Positions 11,835 to 20,229 of a stretch of 64,000 bases of DNA are shown piece after piece. The stretch covers positions 9,646 through 73,645 of the forward strand of contig CACCKE010000004.1 in assembly GCA_902546615.1 (NCBI GenBank). Reading direction: 5' to 3'. A model generated the notes under the pieces. That model did not search any database, had not been told where the DNA came from, and saw only the letters and a list, made by a program, of their open reading frames with translations. The position numbers were made by a program, and so were the translations under genes. The first letter of the stretch is position 1, and every line of letters starts with the position of its first letter. This DNA comes from an uncultured Pelagibacteraceae bacterium (GTDB lineage Bacteria > Pseudomonadota > Alphaproteobacteria > Pelagibacterales > AG-422-B15).

Positions 11835-11938
11835 TGGATAAAAAAATAAAAAAAAGAAATATTATAACTGCCCTCGTACTAGTTTTCTTTATAGCTTTAT
11901 TTTTCTCTTACACTGTTTATAAGTTGGGAACTATTTAA
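11834..11938 (+). CDS. Small single-TM membrane protein, CoxF-like (34 aa; not in ORF track)
   Basis: MDKKIKKRNIITALVLVFFIALFFSYTVYKLGTI; ATG overlaps cyoE TGA, stop abuts ctaG ATG; fills the gap exactly. Confidence 0.7.
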   Translation: MDKKIKKRNIITALVLVFFIALFFSYTVYKLGTI

Positions 11939-12475
11939 ATGAATTTTATCAAGTCAAACAACAGCATCACTGCGATTGGATTAATAGGAATAGTTATCAC
12001 TATGATCGCTTTAGCTTATGCGTCAGTGCCTCTATACAACTATTTTTGTAAAGTTACAGGATTTGGAGGCACTCCAAATGTGTATTCTTCTGAAAGCATT
12101 TATTCTATCGATAAAACTATCAATGTTAGATTAGACTCCAACGTTGGCTCTACCCTCGACTGGGAATTCTATCCTGAGCAAAGAATTCATCAATTAAAGA
12201 TAGGTGAAAATAAACTGATTAATTATGTGATAGAGAATAATACAGACCAAACTCTAAGCGGTACAGCTGTTTATAATGTATCACCAACTGAGGCAGGAAA
12301 GTACTTTAACAAAATTGAATGCTTTTGTTTTCAAGAAACGGAGCTCATGGCTAACGAAACTAAAATTATGCCAGTTTCATTTTTTATAGATCCTGAAATT
12401 GAAAATGATAAATACATTTCTGATTTATCAGAAGTTACTTTGTCCTATACCTTTTATGAAAACAGTGATACATAA
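11939..12475 (+). CDS. ctaG: Cytochrome c oxidase assembly copper chaperone Cox11/CtaG
   Basis: YASVPLY..FCKVTGFGGT, YFNKIECFCF. Confidence 0.95.
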   Translation: MNFIKSNNSITAIGLIGIVITMIALAYASVPLYNYFCKVTGFGGTPNVYSSESIYSIDKTINVRLDSNVGSTLDWEFYPEQRIHQLKIGENKLINYVIENNTDQTLSGTAVYNVSPTEAGKYFNKIECFCFQETELMANETKIMPVSFFIDPEIENDKYISDLSEVTLSYTFYENSDT

Positions 12476-12481
12476 TTAGAT

Positions 12482-13282
12482 ATGAGCTCAGAAAATACAA
12501 AAAGAACACATGAATACCATTTAGTTGATCCAAGTCCTTGGCCCCTTCTTGCGTCTATTGGAGCTTTAATCGCATGCGTTGGTGCGGTTGTTTATTTTAG
12601 GACCGATGACATGTGGACAATGATAATTGGTTTAGCAATTGTTATCTATGTCTCATACATGTGGTTTAGAGATGTGATTATAGAGGGCGAACATCAAGGT
12701 CATCACACTCCAGTTGTTCAAATTGGTCTTAGATACGGCATGACTTTATTTATTGCATCAGAAGTTATGTTCTTTGTTGCTTGGTTTTGGGCATATTTCA
12801 ACGCAAGCTTATTCCCTACAGAACAAATAGGAGCTATATGGCCTCCACCAGATATTCATCTTATGGATCCATGGCATATACCTCTAATCAACACGTTAAT
12901 CTTACTTTTATCAGGAACAACAGTTACCTGGGCTCATCATGCATTGCTAGAAGGCAATAGAAAAGAGCTAATACAGGGACTATGGTGCACGGTAGGACTT
13001 GGTGTCGTGTTCACTGGTTTTCAGGTTTATGAATACATGCATGCTGATTTTTCATTTTCTGGGCACATCTATGGAGCAACTTTTTATATGGCAACTGGCT
13101 TTCATGGTTTTCATGTTCTAATTGGAACAATATTCTTAATTGTTTGCCTTGGAAGATCGATTGCTGGCCATTTTAAATCTGACCATCATTTTGGTTTTGA
13201 GGCTGCTGCTTGGTATTGGCATTTTGTTGATGTTGTTTGGCTATTTTTATTTGCAGCAATTTATGTTTGGGGCTCATATTAA
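12482..13282 (+). CDS. ctaE: Cytochrome c oxidase subunit III
   Basis: HLVDPSPWP, SEVMFF, TGFHGFHV, WYWHFVDVVW. Confidence 0.97.
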   Translation: MSSENTKRTHEYHLVDPSPWPLLASIGALIACVGAVVYFRTDDMWTMIIGLAIVIYVSYMWFRDVIIEGEHQGHHTPVVQIGLRYGMTLFIASEVMFFVAWFWAYFNASLFPTEQIGAIWPPPDIHLMDPWHIPLINTLILLLSGTTVTWAHHALLEGNRKELIQGLWCTVGLGVVFTGFQVYEYMHADFSFSGHIYGATFYMATGFHGFHVLIGTIFLIVCLGRSIAGHFKSDHHFGFEAAAWYWHFVDVVWLFLFAAIYVWGSY

Positions 13283-13294
13283 TAAATACTTTAA

Positions 13295-13990
13295 TTGATT
13301 AAAAATCTTCTTTTCCACTTAATATTTATTTCAACAATCGTACTGCTTCTTTTGCTTTGTTTTTGGCAAACACAAAGGCTCGAATGGAAAAATAATTTAA
13401 TAGAGTCAATTAATTCTAATTATAATTCTGTACTAGATGAATTTCCATCAAACGACGAGAACTCTCAATATGAATTCATGAATACTTCGGTAAAAGGACA
13501 ACTATTAACTGGTAAAAAAATGTTTTTTTATAAATTTAATCTTAAAGGAGAGTCTGGTTATGAAATTGTCTTACCAATGCAAATGATTAGCAAAAAATTT
13601 ATTTATGTAATACTTGGCTGGATACCGTTTGACTCTAAAGATAATTTTGAATTAGATGAAGTTTTCAAAAATAGTGAGATAGAAATCAGAGGAGCTTTAA
13701 TCTATTCGAAGGATCGAAAGCCGCTTATTCCAGAAAATGATACAATTGCAAATACCTGGTATTTGCTCAATACAAGTGAAATGGATAAATATCATAAATT
13801 AAATTCTAGTAAGTATATGATAAAATTATTAGACCAAAGCTATTCTGATAATATTCTGATTGAATTTGAGCCTTCTAATATAACAAATAATCATCTCCAG
13901 TATGCTGTCACCTGGTTTTTGTTGTCTTTTGTAATTATGATAATGTATATCTACTATATTAGACAAAAGGTGCAAAAAAATGAGGTATAG
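13295..13990 (+). CDS. surf1: SURF1/Shy1 family oxidase assembly protein
   Basis: WQTQRLEWK, NNHLQYAVTWF, two terminal TM segments. Confidence 0.9.
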   Translation: MIKNLLFHLIFISTIVLLLLLCFWQTQRLEWKNNLIESINSNYNSVLDEFPSNDENSQYEFMNTSVKGQLLTGKKMFFYKFNLKGESGYEIVLPMQMISKKFIYVILGWIPFDSKDNFELDEVFKNSEIEIRGALIYSKDRKPLIPENDTIANTWYLLNTSEMDKYHKLNSSKYMIKLLDQSYSDNILIEFEPSNITNNHLQYAVTWFLLSFVIMIMYIYYIRQKVQKNEV

Positions 13991-15365
13991 AAGCACAAGG
14001 GGCAGCGATTACTTTGGGTTTAGAGAAGTTTTATTTGCCGGCTTAGCAAATGATGGAGGCCTATTTATTCCTGAAAATTGGCCAAATATAAACCATAAAG
14101 ATATTAATCGAAATGTAAGTTATGAGGACTTAACAGAAATTATTTTATCTCCATTTATTGGTGACGAAATAGAATCCGATCAATTGAAGAGGATTATTAA
14201 AGAAGCGTATTCAAATAACTTTACAGAAAGTGGCTGTGTATCATTCAAGGAGCTTAATGCAAACGAAATAATCGTGGAGCTATTCAATGGCCCAACTTTA
14301 GCCTTCAAAGACTTCGCAATGCAATTACTTATCCCTCTTTTTGATCATTTTTTAGAAAAAGAAAATAAAAGAATAAATCTTATAGTAGCAACATCAGGTG
14401 ATACAGGATCAGCCGCTATCAACGCTGTAAAAAGAAGTAAAAACATAAATATTTTCTGTTTATATCCTAAGGGTAGGATTTCAGAATTTCAGAGAAGGCA
14501 GATGTCTACTGTTAATCAGGAAAATATTTTTCTTTGTGAAGTAGAAGGAACTTTTGATGACTGTCAAAAAATTGTTAAAGATATTTTGAAAGATACAGAT
14601 TATAGTATGCATAATAATATATCAGCAGTTAATTCAATTAATTGGGCAAGAATTATCATTCAATCAGTATATTACTTTTATACATTTATTAATTTTACTG
14701 AAAGAGCTTCCAATAAAGTTAATTTTTCTGTCCCAACTGGTAACTTCGGAGATATTTATGCTGGTTATGTTTCATATAAAATGGGATTACCTATCAATAA
14801 ATTAATAGTGGCTACTAACGAAAACGATATTCTAAATAGGTTTATGAAGTCAGGAGTATATGAATCTAAAACAGTCATAAAAACATCAAGCCCAAGTATG
14901 GATATTCAGGTAGCAAGTAATTTTGAAAGATTGCTTTTTGATATACTTAATCAATCAAATACTGAAACAAAAGTTTCAATGGAAAATTTTGAAGAAAGTG
15001 GAAAAATATCAATATCTGAGGAAAATTTAGAAAAAGTTCGAGAGGTATTTAGCTCAAATAGTTCTTCAATGGATATCGTTCAAAACACAATCAAATCCGT
15101 GAAAGATAATTTTTCATATGTTATTGACCCCCACACTGCTACAGGACTGGATGCATCAAGATTTGAAAAAGATATGGATAGGCTTAATTTTGTTTTGGCT
15201 ACAGCTCACCCTGTAAAATTTTCTGAGGTTGTTGAAAAATCAATAGGTGAAGGTTTAAATTTAATGAGTAAATACAATTACTTATTTGATGCTGAAGAAA
15301 AAATGTATAAAATGGAAAATAACACAATTCGAATTAAAGAATTCATCAGGGAGCAGATAAGCTAG
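13980..15365 (+). CDS. thrC: Threonine synthase
   Basis: YRSTRG, GLANDGGL, GPTLAFKD, ATSGDTG, VPTGNFGD. Confidence 0.95.
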   Translation: MRYRSTRGSDYFGFREVLFAGLANDGGLFIPENWPNINHKDINRNVSYEDLTEIILSPFIGDEIESDQLKRIIKEAYSNNFTESGCVSFKELNANEIIVELFNGPTLAFKDFAMQLLIPLFDHFLEKENKRINLIVATSGDTGSAAINAVKRSKNINIFCLYPKGRISEFQRRQMSTVNQENIFLCEVEGTFDDCQKIVKDILKDTDYSMHNNISAVNSINWARIIIQSVYYFYTFINFTERASNKVNFSVPTGNFGDIYAGYVSYKMGLPINKLIVATNENDILNRFMKSGVYESKTVIKTSSPSMDIQVASNFERLLFDILNQSNTETKVSMENFEESGKISISEENLEKVREVFSSNSSSMDIVQNTIKSVKDNFSYVIDPHTATGLDASRFEKDMDRLNFVLATAHPVKFSEVVEKSIGEGLNLMSKYNYLFDAEEKMYKMENNTIRIKEFIREQIS

Positions 15366-15940
15366 TGTCATTTTTAACAACTTATTATCCAAAAAAGATA
15401 ACATTTGAGAGGAAAGGTGAAAACGTCACCCTAAGACCTCCTGATTATAAAGATTGGAAATCATGGTCTTCATTAAAAGAAAAAAATAAAAGATATTTAA
15501 AACCGTGGGAACCTACATGGTCACCAAATGAACTTGAAAGAAGTTCATTTGTAAAAAGAGTAAGATATTTTGAAAAACTTGCATTAGATGATAATGCATA
15601 TTCCTTTCTGATATTTGAAAAAAATAATAATAATTTGATTGGCGAAATTAATATTAATAATGTTCAAAGAGGTGTAGTTCAATCTTGCTCAATTGGGTAT
15701 TGGATTTGTGAAACTAAGATGGGCAAAGGTTTAATGAGTGAGTCAATAAAACTTATCAAAGAATTTATTTTTGATGAATTGAATTTACACAGAGTAGAGG
15801 CAGCGTGCCTACCAAGGAATGAGCGTTCTTTAAAGACACTTGAAAAAAATAATTTTTGCATTGAAGGATTAGTAAGACAGTATTTGAAAATCAATGGCAA
15901 GTGGGAGGACCACTTACTTTTATCTTGTATTAAGGAATAA
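15365..15940 (+). CDS. rimJ: RimJ-like GNAT acetyltransferase
   Basis: LKPWEP, IGYW, LHRVEAACLPRN, YLKINGKWEDH. Confidence 0.8.
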   Translation: MSFLTTYYPKKITFERKGENVTLRPPDYKDWKSWSSLKEKNKRYLKPWEPTWSPNELERSSFVKRVRYFEKLALDDNAYSFLIFEKNNNNLIGEININNVQRGVVQSCSIGYWICETKMGKGLMSESIKLIKEFIFDELNLHRVEAACLPRNERSLKTLEKNNFCIEGLVRQYLKINGKWEDHLLLSCIKE

Positions 15941-15958
15941 ATTTAGTATGTTCGTCAA

Positions 15959-16444
15959 ATGTCAGATTTAATTGGAAATGAATTACCAAATGAAACTTTA
16001 GTTTTTATGGATAAGGACAAAGGTCCACAACCATTAAAGATATTGGACTTTTGCAAAGGGAAAAAAATAGTAATCTTTGGTGTACCAGGTGCATTCACAC
16101 CAACATGTGCTCGAAATCATTTACCTGGCTTTATAGAGAATGCTGACAAAATTAGAGAAAAAGCTGTTGATGAAATAGTATGTTTTGCAACTAACGACAT
16201 ATTTACTATGTCAGCATGGGAGGAAATGTCTGGATCAAATGGAAAAATAAAATTTTTATCAGATAGTAAGGCTGAGTTTGCAAAATCATTAGGCACAGAC
16301 TATCCCGATACATTTGGAACATCGATCAAGACAAAAAGATGCTCACTACTTGTCAATGATGGAATTATTGAAAAGTTTTTTGTCGAAGTTGATGGTGGTA
16401 AAGTTGATGTAAGTGGAGCAAATAAAATGATGGATTTACTATAA
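15959..16444 (+). CDS. Peroxiredoxin, PRX5-like
   Basis: PGAFTPTC..HLPG. Confidence 0.9.
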   Translation: MSDLIGNELPNETLVFMDKDKGPQPLKILDFCKGKKIVIFGVPGAFTPTCARNHLPGFIENADKIREKAVDEIVCFATNDIFTMSAWEEMSGSNGKIKFLSDSKAEFAKSLGTDYPDTFGTSIKTKRCSLLVNDGIIEKFFVEVDGGKVDVSGANKMMDLL

Positions 16445-16445
16445 T

Positions 16446-16880
16446 TTATCCTTTTATCTGAGCGACCGCCAGTTTATCAGCAATTTCATTTCCGTAATCA
16501 CCTGAATGACCCTTCACCCACTCCCATTTTATCGAGTGTTTATCCGTCAGATTGTCTAATTCAACCCAAAGATCTTTATTTTTTACGTCTTTTTTTTGTG
16601 CAGTCTTCCAATTATTGATTTTCCATTTTTTTATCCACTCCTGAATACCTTGCATGACATACTTTGAGTCAGTGAAAATTATTATGTCTCTTTTTTCATT
16701 AAGATAATCTAGAGCATTAATAACTGCTTTTAATTCCATTCTGTTATTTGTGGTGTTATTTTCAGATCCACTTAACTCAATTTTCTTATCATCGATTTCA
16801 ATGTAAGCTCCCCAACCTCCATTGCCCGGATTGCCTGAGCAAGCTCCATCGGTGTACATAACAACCTTTTTAGAGGCCAT
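16446..16880 (-). CDS. rnhA: Ribonuclease HI
   Basis: YTDGACSGNPG, TNNRMEL, TDSKY, WVKGH. Confidence 0.96.
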   Translation of the reverse strand: MASKKVVMYTDGACSGNPGNGGWGAYIEIDDKKIELSGSENNTTNNRMELKAVINALDYLNEKRDIIIFTDSKYVMQGIQEWIKKWKINNWKTAQKKDVKNKDLWVELDNLTDKHSIKWEWVKGHSGDYGNEIADKLAVAQIKG

Positions 16881-17832
16881 ATTCGCCTACTTTTTTAACG
16901 GATTGGTGAAATTGGAGTTTAGTGAGATACTCATTAGGGTCCTTTTTAAGGATCAGTTCATTATCATCATGTGAATAGTAGTCGATTAAACGAGTGAGTA
17001 GATACCTTAGAGATGATGCTCTTGTAAGAAGAGGTAAAGCTTTCTTTTCTTCCTCTGAAAATTCTCGCAACTGATTGTAACTGCCCAATAAATGTTTTGC
17101 TTTTGTTGGATTGAATTCGTTATTATTTGGCTCAAAACACCATGCATTTAGACAGATAGCAATTTCGTAAGCATAATAATCGGTGCATGCAAAATAAAAA
17201 TCTATTATACCTGTAACCTCATTACCTTCAAAAAAAATATTATCTGGAAAAAGATCTGCATGAATTATACCTGAAGGTAAACTATGACCAAGGTTTCCAG
17301 ATAGGAAAGTATATTCTTCATTGATTAAGTCGATTACCTGCGCGTCTATATTATCGTCAAAATTTTTTAAAGTTTGAATTAAGCTCTTGAGGTTTACAAA
17401 TCCAAGCTCATTTTCTCTAGTCATTTCAAGTCTAGCTGATTCTTTATGCATTCTTGCGATAGTGGAGCCTAAAGACGCACAGTGTATTGGTTTAATTTGA
17501 TCTATTGACCTACCTTTTAAGAACGATGTGATTACAGCTTTCTTATTTTGAATTGAGTTTGAGTAATTTCCATTTTTATCTTGTATTACCTCAGGGCACT
17601 TTACATTATTTTTATTCAAATGATTCATTAGATCAAAAAAGAATTGAAGATTATCCTGATTTGTTCTTTCTTCAAAAATTGTAAGTATGTAATTTTTTTC
17701 TAGAGTCTTTAGTAAATAATTTGAATTAGAAGTTCCACCTTTTATACCTGAAAATTCAAGAACATTTTCAATACTATAGTGTTCAGTAAAAAGATCCAAT
17801 TCTTCTCTAGATATGTGCGTATAGACTGCCAT
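16870..17832 (-). CDS. thrB: Homoserine kinase type II (APH fold)
   Basis: MAVYT, IHADLFPDNIFF, IIDFYF; thrB-rnhA synteny. Confidence 0.93.
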   Translation of the reverse strand: MAVYTHISREELDLFTEHYSIENVLEFSGIKGGTSNSNYLLKTLEKNYILTIFEERTNQDNLQFFFDLMNHLNKNNVKCPEVIQDKNGNYSNSIQNKKAVITSFLKGRSIDQIKPIHCASLGSTIARMHKESARLEMTRENELGFVNLKSLIQTLKNFDDNIDAQVIDLINEEYTFLSGNLGHSLPSGIIHADLFPDNIFFEGNEVTGIIDFYFACTDYYAYEIAICLNAWCFEPNNNEFNPTKAKHLLGSYNQLREFSEEEKKALPLLTRASSLRYLLTRLIDYYSHDDNELILKKDPNEYLTKLQFHQSVKKVGEYGL

Positions 17833-17872
17833 AATTTATTTATAGCTTAGAAAGAGAGATATAAATAATAAA

Positions 17873-18367
17873 TTATACCTTAAGTTTACTTATTTGATCG
17901 ATTGATTGTTTTACAAGCTTATCTGCACTTTGGTCGTTGATGTTTTCTAAGATAATTTTCTCAGCAATATTTACTGAGTTATTTACAATCTCGTCATTAA
18001 CTTTTGATATAGCCATTTTTTCAGCCCTTGATATCTTTTCTATGGTTTGCTGTTCGGCTCTTTTAATAAATTCTTCTGCTTTTAATTTTGACTCTTCTTC
18101 ATGATTCTTTGCAATTTCCTTTGCTTGATCAATAATTGCTTTTGCTTCCTCATCAGCAGACTGAACCTTTCTCTCGTAATCGGCTAAAAGAGAATTTGCT
18201 TCTTCTTTTAATTTTCGGGCATTATCTAACTCAGATTTGATTTTATCAATTTCACCATCAAGAAGTTTCGCAATCATTGATGGCGCTTTAATTACAAGCG
18301 CAATTATGACAAATATTATAAAAGCTACTAATACCCAAGACGATGGATCTGAAAAGAATGATGACAT
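17873..18367 (-). CDS. atpF: ATP synthase F0 subunit b
   Basis: N-terminal TM plus charged coiled coil; last gene of F0 operon. Confidence 0.9.
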   Translation of the reverse strand: MSSFFSDPSSWVLVAFIIFVIIALVIKAPSMIAKLLDGEIDKIKSELDNARKLKEEANSLLADYERKVQSADEEAKAIIDQAKEIAKNHEEESKLKAEEFIKRAEQQTIEKISRAEKMAISKVNDEIVNNSVNIAEKIILENINDQSADKLVKQSIDQISKLKV

Positions 18368-18383
18368 TAAATAGTTCCTAGCA

Positions 18384-18938
18384 TTAGTTTAATTTCTTAT
18401 TTATTTCCTCATCTGAAGGAATATTTTCAATATATCTTGATACAATAGCTTTAACGGTATCTAACGTTGCATTTCTTATTTCAATCTTAGATTTTTCTTC
18501 TTGAGCTTTTATTTTAGCCTGAGACTCAGAGATTAGGGAGTTAACTTTTTCTTCATTTTCTTTTTTAAGCGTTTCTAAATGATCAAGCATTGCTTTTTTA
18601 GAATTAGTGATAATCTCATTTGATTCTTGCGATGCACTTGCCATTTGCTCATCATATTTTTTTAATATATCAGTTGCTTCTGTATTAAGATTATCGGCAT
18701 CATTGATGTCATTTGAAATCTTATCTCTTCTTTCTTCAATTGTTGCGCCTAACCTTGGTATTACAAATTTCCACATAAACAGGTATAAAAGTGAAAACGT
18801 AATTACAAGCCAAAATAATTGAGATGGAAATGTCGCAATATCCATCTGCGGAAGACCAGCAGATTTCTGGCCCTCTGCAGCATATGCGAAATTAATTGGC
18901 GCAGTTAATAGAAAAAAAGCTTTTAATAAGATTTTCAC
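18384..18938 (-). CDS. atpF2: ATP synthase F0 subunit b'
   Basis: GLPQMD..FPSQLFWL motif; GTG start. Confidence 0.9.
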   Translation of the reverse strand: MKILLKAFFLLTAPINFAYAAEGQKSAGLPQMDIATFPSQLFWLVITFSLLYLFMWKFVIPRLGATIEERRDKISNDINDADNLNTEATDILKKYDEQMASASQESNEIITNSKKAMLDHLETLKKENEEKVNSLISESQAKIKAQEEKSKIEIRNATLDTVKAIVSRYIENIPSDEEINKKLN

Positions 18939-18943
18939 TTTTC

Positions 18944-19935
<992 letters not shown>

Positions 19936-19946
19936 CGATATATTTT

Positions 19947-20219
19947 TTAGTTATTTTGAAGACTTTTTGCAACCCTAAAAACGTTAAGAATTCCTGCTGC
20001 ACTACCTAAGAGAAAGAAAATTAATGTGAAGATGGGTCTTGTATTAAAATAATTGTCAATCAGCAAACCAATTCCTAGTCCAACAGCCATTGCTGCGACA
20101 ATTTCAACCACTACTTTCATGATTTTACCGAATGGTTTGGGGGCTTTAGCTTCTTTAATAGATTGGCCTTCTTTTGCTTTTTTTATTCTATTTTCAAGAG
20201 AATTAGCATCATTATTCAT
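19947..20219 (-). CDS. atpI: ATP synthase protein I (AtpZ/AtpI family)
   Basis: Two TM segments with G.LID.YF.TRP; ATG at 20219 preferred over the TTG at 20246 that overlaps smc. Confidence 0.85.
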   Translation of the reverse strand: MNNDANSLENRIKKAKEGQSIKEAKAPKPFGKIMKVVVEIVAAMAVGLGIGLLIDNYFNTRPIFTLIFFLLGSAAGILNVFRVAKSLQNN

Positions 20220-20229
20220 CTTCAATATA

